Below, in pieces: positions 45,084-58,972 of a stretch of DNA of 64,000 nucleotides. The notes below the pieces were generated by a model. It was not told where the DNA came from. It saw nothing but the letters and a program-made list of their open reading frames with translations, and did no database searches. The DNA comes from Chrysomallon squamiferum (lineage: Eukaryota; Animalia; Mollusca). The translations under genes and the position numbers were made by a program. Every line of letters starts with the position of its first letter. The first letter of the stretch is position 1. Location of the stretch: positions 20,460,001 through 20,524,000 of the forward strand of contig CM022665.1 in NCBI GenBank assembly GCA_012295275.1, in the 5' to 3' direction.

Positions 45084-46544
45084 AGTCAACCACGTCGTCA
45101 CTGGAAATGCGTTTTCTGTTTGTCTACAGACTTGTAAATTAATTTTTATGACAAAAAAGGATTTTTGAAGAAATCAGCATTTTAAATTTCAGTTTCTTTT
45201 GATACTGTATCAACATTCAAAGACTTTAAAAATGATGCCGTGTGGATAAGAGAGAAGTAATCGAAAATTATAAAAATTATGTTCTTTTGATAGAGTAATC
45301 AGGACGTTCAGTTAAATTAATATGTTGAGGAAAGAAACTGTCTCCGCTATTTTATAAGAAACTGAATATCGAACAAATTCTAGCAAATATTGTTTTTGAG
45401 TTCGTCAAATTTTAGTATTGCTGTTTTTCTGAACATAACCTTCTTGTATTAAGTAACGAGTAATCTCCCTTTACATTAACATGAACGAAATATTCATGAA
45501 TGGAATGATGTTTTCTTTTTTTGTTGTTGTTTGTTTGTTTGTTTTTTTTATTTATTTTTTTTTTTTTTGACGCAAAAATATAATATGAAATTGTCCCTGT
45601 AAATTGTGTTTATTTATTTATTAATGTGTGATTCTGAATTATTAATATTGTTACTATTTTTAAATTATTGTGTATATTTCTTGTAGTTTTTGTTGTTGAT
45701 GTTTTGTAATTTTTGTTCTTGTTGTTTTGAAATTATTATTATATTTGTAAAATACTTAAGCACATTTATTACTGTTGTTTACTTTTTTTATTAATAACAT
45801 GTTATTCACATATTTGTTTGTCATATATTTCAGCATTAAAATATCATTTTCAAAATTTACCTCTTATGTTATTATTATCATTATTATTACTACTACTACT
45901 GTTACCATTACTATATTGTTACTATGATTATTATTATTATTATTATATTATTATTATTATTGATTTTGTTATCGTTGTTCTTGTCACTGTTGCTGCTGCT
46001 ACCATTTAAATAAGTTTTAAAAAATATTACAAAATACAAAATATTATTTAAAAGACGCAAATGAAAATGAATTGACAACAAACAACAAAAAATAAAAATG
46101 AAATAAATAATAATAATAACTAAAATTTTAAAAATTTAAAACGAAGAAGAAAAAGAATCGAAAAACTAATTTTAAAAAAAGAAAAAGGTTGAATTAACTG
46201 AAATAAGGACAAAAAAGGAAACGAAATAAGCAGAAACGGAAGAAAGAAATTATTAGTTTTCACCATTTTTTCTGTCACAAACAATGATTAGTTTAATATT
46301 ACTACGACTGACAGCCCATTATCACCTGTACGAATCTTGTTTCGGTACACGCGTGCACCGCAGTGATAATTAAACTTCTGCTGCTACTTCCATGCAGGTA
46401 TTTATTTTCTCGGGAACCGCAATGGAGGAAATTTGTTATCACAAACAGGTTGCATTTTGAAGGAAAGCGTCATGAAAAGGTAGCACGAATCCGAGCGAAA
46501 TCTATAAATTGTGCGATAAATTCGAGTAAGCTAATCCGAGAATA

Positions 46545-47987
46545 ATGGAGAACTTAAGAGTCAACTGCACAGGTACGTTCGTTTAGTGTCGGAACTGTCT
46601 TAGCTTCATTCTTACAGGTTCAAATAGATATCTTATTGTTATTGTTGTTGTTATTGTTATTATTATTACTACTAGTAGTAGTTGTCGTTGTGTTGTTATT
46701 ATTATTAGTGGTAGTAGTAGTAGTAGTTGTTGTTGTGTTATTATTATTATTATTAGTGGTAGTAGTAGTAGTTGTTGTTGTTGTTATTGTATTATTATTA
46801 GTAGTAGTAGTTGTTGCAGCAGCAGCAATTGTAGTAGTAGTAATAGTAGTATTAATAGTAATAGTTGCAGTAGAAGTAGCGGTTGTTGTAGATACAGTTG
46901 TAGAAGTAGCAGTGGCAGTGGTTGTAGGAGTGGTAACAGAAGTAGCAGTGGTGGTGGTTGTGGTAGTAATAGTAGCAGTAGTAGTGATAGCAGTAACTAA
47001 CATTAATATATTAACAAGATGCTGCTAACAGAAAAACTGATATGAACTTTGTGAATTCATTAGCAACACGGGAATAATAATTACATTCCGGAATACATTC
47101 TGTTTAGCTTTATTAAAACCAGCTCATATGTGCTAACACCGTATTTTATTGAAAGTTTTATTATTGTTGTTATGATGATGATCATGATCATCATCATCAC
47201 CATCGTCATTATTGTTATTATAATTAATATCATCATCATCATCATTATTAGTACTATTTGTGTCTGTATGTGAATGCACGCATGCATGCAGTCATGCTTG
47301 TATATCTATATATGTTTCATTACATATGAAGTTGTATTTGTTGCTAAATGTTGTTAATGACAGCTTCATATTGTCAAAGAGTTGTTAATATGCCACTTGT
47401 AACATGAACAATAAGGATTATCATATATAATAATAGTGTATCTCATCAGCAGTGTATATAATAAAAGGGATACTAATAGTGTATCTCATTTATACACGGT
47501 GCAGTATTAAAGATATACAATATCTCATTTATACAACATACAGTATTAAACCAAATGCAATATTTATACCATATTATACACTATCTCATTTATTCAAGGT
47601 CAAATATTAAATAAATCGTACAATGAATTAATGAATGAACATATGTCTGTCAGTCTGTCTACCTCTACATCCATCTGTACAGTATTTATATCCATCATTT
47701 GTCTGTCTGTTACTTGTCTGTCTCTTTCTCTCTGTTATATAGTATTAATACACAGCGGCTAAGCGTAGGTTGCCACCGCCCGGGGGAAGTAAGGTACTGT
47801 GCCGCCTATCCCATGGACGTTAGCCTTCCCTGAATCCCTTCCGCTAGTGCAGTCGTGAACTCTTTAATTCGAAAACAGACGTACAACGTATTTAAAGAAA
47901 ATACTCATGTAACTAAAGTAAAGGAAGATTTTCTGTGTGAGGGGGAGGCGTTATTTTTTGCTTATTTATTTTATTTTATTTTTATTA

Positions 47988-48054
<67 letters not shown>

Positions 48055-48201
48055 TTTATTTATAATTTTGCACGCTGGGCATGTGTACACGCATTTATGT
48101 GTGTTTGTATGTATGAATTTATGTGTATATGTGTGTGTGAGTGTATGTGTGTGTGTGTATTTACTTTTTTATTACTTGCTTATTTTTTCTTTATTTATTT
48201 C

Positions 48202-48281
<80 letters not shown>

Positions 48282-49196
48282 TTTTCAGATCGGTATGGTC
48301 CAAACACAACAGACATCATCATGGTAGACAGCAGGGTTCTTTTCATGTTTTCTGCGGTGTTGGGAATCGTAACTCTCATATCAATAATAGGTGACATCGT
48401 CAGCGTCGTTGTTATCTACAGAGTGAGCAGCCTGCACAAACCTGTGTTTGTCTTCACGGCAAACATCGCCTGCGCCGACATCCTCATGTTAGTCATCAGC
48501 CTACCATACTCCATCGCCTGCCTCATTCTGGGACCGAGGACAGCTTTGCTTGGTTACATCTTCTGTCTGTTTCAATCACACATCAACTACATGACAGCGT
48601 CCACCGTGTTGTTCTTCCTCGCCATCACCGCCGTCTACCGCATGACTCAGGTAGCTCACAACTCCGTCTTCACTCGTATCAACAGCATCAAGTGGATCGT
48701 GTCGCTGTCGTTGCTTGCATGGACTGTTCCGGTGGCTCTGTGTCTGGTGTTTGGCGGCTGCGCGAGCTATGACATGTTGCGCTTCAGCTGTTCGTTCGCC
48801 GTGTTGCCTCTGATGGGAATTCTTGCTGCGTTGTACGGTCCACTTGTTTTTCTTTTCGTCGTGTCTTATTTCCAGGTCATCCTGTTTTTTCGCAGATCTC
48901 GCAAGCAGATCCACAGCCACATGCAGCTAACGGAGACTCAAACTCACGAGGAGAAAGAGCTGGAGGTGTACAGACCCATTCTCATCATCTTCGTTATTTT
49001 CGTCTCCATGTTTCTCGTGCCCGGAGTTCTCTATCTGGTGACCGACTACATCAAACCAGAGTACAAACCAACCACCGAACTGTGTGGAAGCATCTTCTCG
49101 AAGCTTAGGCCGGTCTTCAACCTAGTAACCATTATAGCAACCAGTTCCAACTTTAGAAGTGCATTCTGGGATACCTTCTGTTTCAAATGCAACTAA
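46545..49196 (+). CDS. Divergent class A (rhodopsin-like) GPCR, 311 aa; melatonin-receptor-like motifs with Lys at the opsin Schiff-base position
   Basis: Main exon 48289-49196 follows TTTTCAG. Candidate first exon 46545-46572 (MENLRVNCT G|gtacgt) joins in phase 1 and gives two N-glycosylation sequons (NCT, NTT). Seven hydrophobic segments, TM2 NIACAD, C3.25 with R3.50 exactly 25 residues later, W4.50, ECL2 YDMLRFSCSF, helix 8 NFR and C-terminal Cys. The main exon is more certain than exon 1. Confidence 0.88.
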
Positions 49197-49382
49197 TGAA
49201 ACTGCATTCCATGAAATATACCAGTGCATTCGGGCTGCCTGTCATTTGAAATGCGATTTGAAATAGCCTAAGTAAAGACGCTTTTTTTAACGCAAATTAC
49301 AGAAATAAAAGTTCAGAATTGAGTATTCACCACTGCGACATAATTCTAGTATTGCAATAGACGTTGCTATAAAATTCAGTCT

Positions 49383-50020
49383 GTACACCGAAATTAATGT
49401 CTCGGGGTTAAAATGTAAAACTGTTACGTGTTTTCAACGTGTACACACATCGAGACTGGTGTCACGTAATTAAAATGTAAAATATTTAGTAGTTTACAAA
49501 GGTACAAATATCTCATGATTGAAATATAAAAGAGTTGTCTTTACAACTTACACTCACCGAGGTTAATGTCACGTGATTGAAAAGTAAAACAGTTATGCAT
49601 TTTTAAGGTGTACTCAGATCGATGTTAATGTCACGTGCTTAAACTGCATAACATTTATGCATTCTCAAGGTGTACGCATCGGGGTTAACGTCACGTGATT
49701 AAGATGTAAACATTTCAGCGTTTACAACTTAAACACACCGAGGTTAATGTCACGTGATTAAATTGTATAACAGTTCTGTTTACAATTTACATACATCGAG
49801 GGTTCTGTCACGTGATTAAAATGTAAAACAGTTATATGTTTACAACTTGTACACACACCGAGAGTAATGTCACGTGATTAAAATGTAAAACAGTTTTGCG
49901 CCTACGAGTACACGCATTAGTATCACATGATTAAAATGTATAACAGTTCTGCACTTTGCACACATAGCTATAACGTGATTAAAACTGAGAACGCGTACAC
50001 GTACAGAGGTTAATGTCGCC
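49383..50020 (+). repeat. ~60-bp minisatellite (~12 degenerate units) centred on GTCACGTGAT E-boxes
   Basis: Approximate unit ACACCGAGGTTAATGTCACGTGATTAAAATGTAAAACAGTT...TTTACAACTT. Perfect CACGTG at 49570, 49632, 49692, 49751, 49809 and 49871. Confidence 0.9.
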
Positions 50021-50287
50021 TGTTTATAACGTGTATGTTACATCGCGTGTGGGGAAGTAGTAAAGTTCTGAGTGTATTCTTACACTTCAGTCTGATTGAG
50101 TTGGACTGGCTCCTACGTAAAGACAAACGATGCACTGTGGGTGTGTCCGTGTCTATATGCTTGTATTTATGTGTGTAAGTGTGTGGGGGTGGGGTTTGTG
50201 TGTGTGTGTATGTATGTATGCATGTATATATGCATGCGTGTATGTGTGTGTATGTATGTGTGTATGTATGTATGTATGTGTATATGT

Positions 50288-50352
<65 letters not shown>

Positions 50353-51802
50353 AGTGTCCGTTTTTATATAGGTGAGTGTACATTAAATGTTGTATCAGGC
50401 AATCTGCATAATGTGCTTGTTGACAGCCTGTAATTATCATTTTCTATGTTTTACCATTATTTATAGTTTATTATTTTATTTATCTGATATTTTCGACAGT
50501 TACAACAAGGTCATATTATTGTGATTAATGATTTCTGTTGATTCTACCGTTTGTTTTGCAGAGCCTGAACTATGAAAGCTGCATGTGGTTTTTAATGATC
50601 AAAGGCTAATAACAAATCACTAACAACAATGAAATGTACTCCTTTACTCATGTGTTCAGTATCAGTAAACAAACAGTGGAGGAAATGGGGACGGGGGGCT
50701 GCATAGTTTCCGGTCTTTGTCTAATTTCTGTACTAGTACAGAATTACAGACGTTTATTAGTTAATCCTTTGTCACGTTTCTAGCAACTAAAATTATCTTG
50801 TTTGCTTTCTATAATTATATTTTAACATTTTACTTAGTTCACATAACCATCACATATCATTATTAGGTTATCATAGCAAATCAAAGACTCAGTCTTTCTG
50901 TACTGCATTGGTGTCTGTACACGAATGACGTTCACCTCGGTAAGCTAGCCGAGTGGTTAGTGTAGTCTCGGTAAATCGGGACAATAGTTTTCACGTTACT
51001 GCTATAGTGTAGTTTAAGATATCTCAATGCATTATTATAAAGTCGTCTCACTGTAGCTAGAAATTCAACTGTTTTGATTATCTTCTTGAATTAGACATTT
51101 TTATAGAATGCCTGATTAGGATAGATAATGGAACCGCCGTCAGTAACAAACTGCATTTTCATATATTACAAAACAGTTTTTATGGTAAGACTTGTAGCCT
51201 GCGCTCCCTTCAGCCCTCCAGACTTTAGTGTACCACTAAAACTAATTTCCGTCGAAGTTTATAATGGTTATTTAACGTTTGAATATTGAAGAAGGGAGAT
51301 AAGCGTTCTAACGGGCATTATTTTAGAACGCGATAATGATAAGTACACAATTTGCGTGAAAACATGAATTCTAAATTAGTTCTAAAAGCTGCAACATATA
51401 AACCCATTAAAAAAAGCAACAAAAAGCTAATATATATTGCCTTTTGTTAACCTTTGATTTATTTATTTATTTATTTTATTTTATTTTTCATTTCTGTTTT
51501 GTTATTTCCTATAATTAAATTCTGTTATTTTTTATGATGAGGTCATCTACTGATAAACGTTTATTATTACAAAAAATTCTCGTCTCTTCCCTCCCGTTTC
51601 TTAAAATTGTGTTTGTCATAACGACTCTAAATTATTTTCCACTTTCTAAATGATGAAATGTGACACAGAAATAAAATTAAACACGTTACAGCAGCTTAAA
51701 GACTCGTTCTTTCTTTCTTTTTCGTTTATCATCATCATCATCATCATAATTATTATTGTTGTTGTTTGTTGTAGTAGTAATACCAACAACAGTATTAACA
51801 AT

Positions 51803-51838
<36 letters not shown>

Positions 51839-53942
51839 TTTTGTTTGTTTGTTTGTTTGTTTATTAGGTTTCGTTGTAATGGGGCTTTTTTGTATGTTTT
51901 TATTTTATTTTATTTTTTTGCTCTTGACTTCGTTTATCCTTTTTGTTTTCTTTGTAATTGTCTGACTGTTTTGTAAACTTGAACATTTGACTTCCGTGGT
52001 TAATAACCAAGGGATTAAATGATATACTGAATTCAGCGTAGCAACCTGCGATGTTACTGATATATTTTGTTCTGTTCACTGGAAGGTGATCATAAATGAT
52101 GGTGTAATGCTGTAACTGCATAAATACAAAAGCGGGATTTTTTTTTTTTTTTTTTTTTTTTTTGTCTATATAAACCATATTTTTTATACGGAATATTAAT
52201 TATTAATATCAAAATAGGTATGTTAATAAAAACAAAGTATGTCAACAATGCCAAAGTAAAATATTTTATTTCAAACAAAATGAGTGTTAATCTTCGCCAG
52301 GTATAAATATAGGATAATCTGATGATTGTTTTTAAGTAAATACTGTTAAGTGTGATAATAACACATTTCTAAAATACTACTCTTTATCACAGTGTTCTTA
52401 TATATATATATATATTTGTGTGTGTATGTGTGGGTGTGTCAGTGTGTGTTTGTGTGGGTGTGTATATATGTAATATTATTAATACAAATACCAGATAAAA
52501 CATGTTTTAAATAGTAATGAAGGTAATACTTTCATCTGTCTTTCACATTCAAGATAAACTTTTTTTAAATAACACCCGATGTGAAAATCTGTCATGTATC
52601 GTGAAATAAATGAATGTACTAAAAATAACAATCAGCTTTCACAATAGTCAAAAACAACAATGTTAATAATAATAATAATAATAATAATCTATATAACAAA
52701 AACATCAACTAGTTACAATTATAATTTTAAAACGTCATACCCACACATATAAATTTAGACAAACAACATCAAAATACGAAACAAAAATATATATATATAT
52801 ATAATATATATATATATTTTTTTAAATAGACAATATGGAAAACATTTATCTGAAAATTCACAAAACATATTTTAAAATATATTCAGAAACCAAAATACAA
52901 TATAATACTGTTAAATCATCACAGAATGCTTTGGGTTCAATAAGGGAAAATACGGTAAAAGAGCAAAAAAAAAAAAAAAAAATTGTAGAAACAATTCGAA
53001 TATTCAACATGTTTCGTCTTTTTCTTCCCTTTTTTTAAATTTTTATTTATTTATTTATTTTATTTATTTTTTTTATTTTTATTATTATTATTATTATTTG
53101 TAAATGTTAAGTAGATTTATCCGGTGACATTAGATATCAATTTCAATGAAAATTTATCAGCCATCTTAAACAGTTTTCATCGCTGAAGATTCAATCTCCT
53201 CTGTTTGGTGCTATAACGTCTGATCGTGTTAATACGTTAAACAGCTAGTTAGAACAGGACAGAGGATAAAGTCGTACATTTATTATGAATTTTAATACAT
53301 TTAATATAAACTAACATTAGATTATTAATTTTTGATTATTGATTACTGTTCTAAAAGTATCGCAAAAATGAATTTCTGTATCAGCGACTAACTTCCGGTA
53401 AGTGATTTTTACTGACAGACGACAGCTTGTGTTAATTCTCTAAAAGCAAAGTAGTCCGATCGATTATTAATTATGAGATAGAGACTGTTTTAATCGATAT
53501 AGCAACTACAGTTACCATAGTTTGATTGATATATATATAATGATTAATAAATGTTTAATTATATATACAGCGGTTCTGGGAGTGGATGAATGGGATTCTG
53601 AATCTCTTCGTTTCCGAAAAGCTTTTATTCACATAAATTACTGCCTGTGAACGCAATATGCATTTCCTATTTGTTCCTACATGTATATATGTATATACCA
53701 GTATCTCATGCAAATGGCTGTAAAGAATTAATTAAATCAAAAGGGGAAAAAATGTTTTATGAAATAATACAAAATTACCATATAAAATTTGAAAAAGGTA
53801 AAATTTATAATGCTGCTTAAATTCATTTATAATAATAATAATAACAACAATACAAACAATAATAATAATAATCATAATAATAATAATAATAATAATGAGA
53901 TTATGATTTTAAAGATTATTTTAATAATTTAGCTAAAACAAC

Positions 53943-53998
<56 letters not shown>

Positions 53999-54143
53999 TC
54001 CGTAATTTATTTCATTCCGTTCATTATTTATTCTTATATTTATTTATCTGTTCATTTAATTATCCATTTATGATAATCTAACACAAACACCATTGGGCAT
54101 AGTAAAGTCGTCGATATTTCGTTGTTTTCGAGAAATTTCTTGA

Positions 54144-54740
54144 TTATGAAACATCTGCCATAGTAAATACTGGTATGACCTTTTCAGAATGGTACGAACC
54201 AATAGAGTATCCCGGACTTCTCTTCTTTGTTGGGAAGTTGTTTCGAATTTCGTACGCCCCGGGTCCTGGGTTGTTCATTTTAAACGTCGGCAGATTCGTT
54301 CTTCCTTTTAGAGTTATCTTGGGCGAACTGCCGACAGAATTTTCTGTCGCTGCGTACTGCGCAGGACCGGGAGTTCGAGCCCAGTCGTACGACGAACTGC
54401 CAACTTCTAGCCTGCCCTTGAAGGCAATAGACGGACCGGTTTTGTAAGGGGGTGCTGCTTTCTCGCCTAGGGTTGTTGGAAGGTTATAGAAGTTGGAACC
54501 CGGAGTGATAGATTTGTCTGGTAAATCGTGACGTAATCCAAAACTGTAACTGGGAGCTCGCTTCGCTCGGGGTGACACGATATCGGACCTGTACACATTA
54601 GGACCAGGACCATCATTATCCTTTCTATCAAAAGGCGACCCTAAATATAATAATAAAAATGTATAGGTTTTCTTGACGTACAACATATAACACTACTTGT
54701 TGTAGTAGTAATAATAATATGTGTGTGTGTGTGTGTGTGT

Positions 54741-54822
<82 letters not shown>

Positions 54823-55297
54823 CAACGACGTAATTTTAGAGAAACATTGAACATTATTATGACTTTTTATTTTTATTTTTTATTTTTTAAAACTCACTCG
54901 ATCCTGCTATTCCGCCGAATTTTCCTCCTATTATAGTGTATTTTCCTCTTGGAGTGCATTCATTCAACTGATACGCTCCTGGTCCAGGGCTCTCTCGCGA
55001 ATTATCTACCAATATAAATATATATATATATATATTGATGTTATAACTGCTACTACTACTACGTTATCATAATCGTCATCATTATCATTTTGTATTTATA
55101 TATTTATTGAACCCCTTGCGGTAAAATCAGAGAATAAAAGAAAGTGACCACACGTTATGACGTCAAACATACTTACAGCTGTATCTAGAACCGAACGAGT
55201 ACGCAGGCGCACCCTGCTTCGTTGGATGACGACGGTTTCCGAAAATTGGCGGAAGCGAGTAACTTGGAGTCGGACTGGAGCCTGCAACATGTTATAA

Positions 55298-55340
<43 letters not shown>

Positions 55341-55659
55341 ATTAGTAAGCAAATAAAAACGTAAATAAGTAACTAAATAAAAAAAAAAAAATAATAAATA
55401 AAACTGGCGTAATATATCAGTTGGTTTTTGTTATTAAAGAATTTTGAATAAATTAGCTAAAGAAAATTTAGAAATGTATGTAAATATATATATTTTTTTT
55501 AATTATTTATTTAATTGTTTGCCGAGTGTCGTTTACAATAAGAACAAAAACACCAACAGTAATAATAATACCACCAATAACAACATTAAATTACTGTATT
55601 TAACAGAATTTGCAGCAGTATCTGCAAATAAAATAACGATAATAATAATAATAATAATA

Positions 55660-55695
<36 letters not shown>

Positions 55696-57468
55696 GCAAT
55701 ACCAATAATAATAGAATAATAACAACAACAACAATAACAGTGTGAACAGTTTACATTGTAGCAGCAATAACAACACCAGTAATATCAGTAATAACAATAA
55801 GAATAAGAATATTAACAACATCAACAATATGAGCACCAGCAACAACAACGAGATAATAACAGCAACAAAGGTAAATTTAAATTTAAAAAAAAAAAATCCT
55901 CAAAGTTCTAGTTGTGGAAAAGAATTTTTTTTTTTTTTTTGTTTCTCTGTTATGGTTTACCAATGTATTGATCAGCCAGCCAATGTAGAGTAATAACGGT
56001 GAACTGCGTGATACAAACACTCTGACCAATCAAAACAGCTAATTAATATTTCAGCTTTGTGAAGAGGCAAGTTAAATATGGTGGGCCACAAAAGAAAGTA
56101 CAAAGCTATTGTGTGAGCGATTTCCTCCATAGAGACAGTTCTCTGGAAATTACGATACTCCAGAGATACTACACGAACTAAACGTAATGTGAACGTAGAG
56201 TGAACGTAGTGTGAAAGTAGAGTAAACGTAGTGTGAGCATGGAGTGGAAGTTCCGTGATATCACACAGTGATCACATTTTCTACATTTATTTACGTGTTT
56301 ATCTTTGTGTGCGTATATGTTCAAACTTAAACTGGAACTGAGATAAGTGTCTAGTTCTGTATGTCACACTGTTAGAAGTCGAACATCGCTGATTTTCAGG
56401 CTGAGACGAGTTATTAAATGAAGACACAGAGCTACTAAATAACACGTGTAAATAAAACTATTAACATTTATACGTTTAAATATTGCAGATAATTAAAATA
56501 TGCACTTGCTGAACATGACTGCCTTGAGATACATCGCATGAAAACTCACTAAACAAATAAAGTGGCTTGACTATGATAAGGATATCTGTAACTGTTACTA
56601 TACTAATAAATTAAATATCACAGCATCTTGCACAATGGCACGTAAAATCAACGAATGTTTAGATAGAAATATGTCTTTTAAATAATGTCTACTTCTTGCA
56701 ATGGTCTTTGATTATGGTTATACGATACTACTAGAAGAACATTATGTTTCAGATCAAAACGTATTATTACTTACGATTCTTTTAAATCAACATTACATAA
56801 AATATTGACATAATATACACTGTACTCTTTGAACCGGTCCAGTTAAATATTTCTTTGTCAGAAACACACCTATCTTTTTCGTACAACATGCGTGTCTTCT
56901 GCCTGCATTCATCAGTTCAGGTAATATTTTCTTCAGCCACCGTCAGATAACGTTCATATACCATACGCTTTAATTTACGTCAGCTCGTAATTACGTTACT
57001 TCAATTAAATATACATACAATACATAACCAAATTACTGTGACCGCAAACGTGAATAATTTATTTTTAATTTTAATTTTTATACAGTTTCTTTTGATGTTG
57101 TTTGATGAAAAAGTAACAAGTTATTTTAAATTAAAAGTTAGTGATCTAAGAGCGTACTCGTAAACTTATTTGTTGAAGTCGTGTCTGTTTTTAATACTTA
57201 CGTTCTTTCGGATACGCCAGACAGGCATTTTGTTTCTTTTTTTTTTTTTTTTTTTTTTTCTTTTTTCAAAATATCTGTTATGTTTGGTATGAGTAATTTA
57301 CACTTGTAATTTTTTTTTTCACAAATGCAGAAATGTTGCACGATGTGCTCCTTGTATCGATGTCTGATTTGTTTTTGTAGTTACCATAAACTTACAGTGC
57401 GAATCACATATATATATTGTTTTGTTTCTTTTTTTTATTATCTGTTTTTCTTTCCTATTTCTAACTTT

Positions 57469-57546
<78 letters not shown>

Positions 57547-57840
57547 TTATTTTTTTAAATTATTTTTTTTTTTAAAGAATATCTAATAATGTATAATAAC
57601 TATTGTTTTCGATTATTTTTCAAATATACAAACATGCATTCGTTAACACACACACACACGCACACGCACAAAGATATACATGCATACATCCACACACATA
57701 TATAATTGCACAATATTGATTTATACCTTGCATGATACTATATGGCGTAGAATAAAAATGCTCTGAGTTTATCGCGAAATAAAATATTTTTTCTTTTATT
57801 ACGATATTTATTCATTAATTCATTCATTTAATATCATCAC

Positions 57841-57900
<60 letters not shown>

Positions 57901-58359
57901 TATTATTATTATTATTGTCGTTGTTGTTATTGTTATGTTGTTGTTGTTTTTACTATTTTACTCTTTTACTGTTAATGTCGTCGTTATTGTTGCTGTTTTA
58001 TAATTATATAAGAGATAAATTTCTTGTAGTTATTCATTAGAAGCAGCAGGTATTTCAAATCTGCCTTCCCACTAACAGGAACGCATACAGCATGGCCTCC
58101 GATAAACTGGTCTTGGAGAAGTGGTTGGAACTGAAAAATAGACTTTGAGTGCGCACCTTATAATTGTTCGTGTAGTCCTAACATCTCAGGCTAATTACAA
58201 CAGTTGACAGGTCTCACAGAGCGTAAAAACCAGTCAAGTGGAACGAACTGTTTCATTCATCTTAACAACAACGTCTTAATGAAATTTAAATTATTTATTT
58301 CACATCTCTGACTATAGTCCAAAAAATCTTTCTGACACACATTAACAGTCTTCTTCTTC

Positions 58360-58414
<55 letters not shown>

Positions 58415-58919
58415 CATTACTATTATTACTACTACTTCTAATACTATTACGACTACTATTACTGTTATAATTATTATTAATATTATTATTATTATTATTA
58501 TTATTTATTATTATTATTATTTATATATTTATTTTATCATTGTAGTTTTTATTGTTGTGTATACTGTTGTTGTTGCTATTTGTAGTATTATTAAAATTAT
58601 TAAAATTATTTGGAATTTTTTTAATTGATAGACTGATAGAGAAACAGGCAGGCAGACAGGCAGAAAGATAGATAAATGGATAGATATACATGTAGATAAT
58701 AAGCATTGTGTACGTAGAAACTAAATATATTTAATGTTTAACAAAATAATGTAATTACGAACACTCTAAGCGAAAACGTAGATAAAAAGACACAGAAATA
58801 TATAATAATACATTTAAATTTTAATAAATAAAGTCTTTCTTATATAGATATTAATAATAAAAAGCAATACGATGATACAAATTTTTGTTTTTTTTAAATA
58901 GATTTGACCAACTAAATTA

Positions 58920-58972
<53 letters not shown>

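Noticed and set aside
47750-47860. GC-rich island in the GPCR intron
   Set aside because: No clear splice sites, TIR pair or tRNA fold; probably a TE remnant, but I cannot support a call.
48141-48288. Poly-Leu N-terminus of the 351-aa ORF
   Set aside because: It is an intronic (TTA)n microsatellite upstream of the acceptor at 48288.
49383-50020. CRISPR-like appearance (palindromic conserved core, ~60-bp period)
   Set aside because: The intervening segments are homologous to each other rather than unique spacers, the repeats are degenerate, there are no cas genes, and the context is eukaryotic. It is a minisatellite.
56000-57050. Complex sequence in the ODF3-like intron 1, a possible nested gene or TE
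   Set aside because: Only short frames and a small (GTGAACGTAG)n repeat; no recognisable domain.
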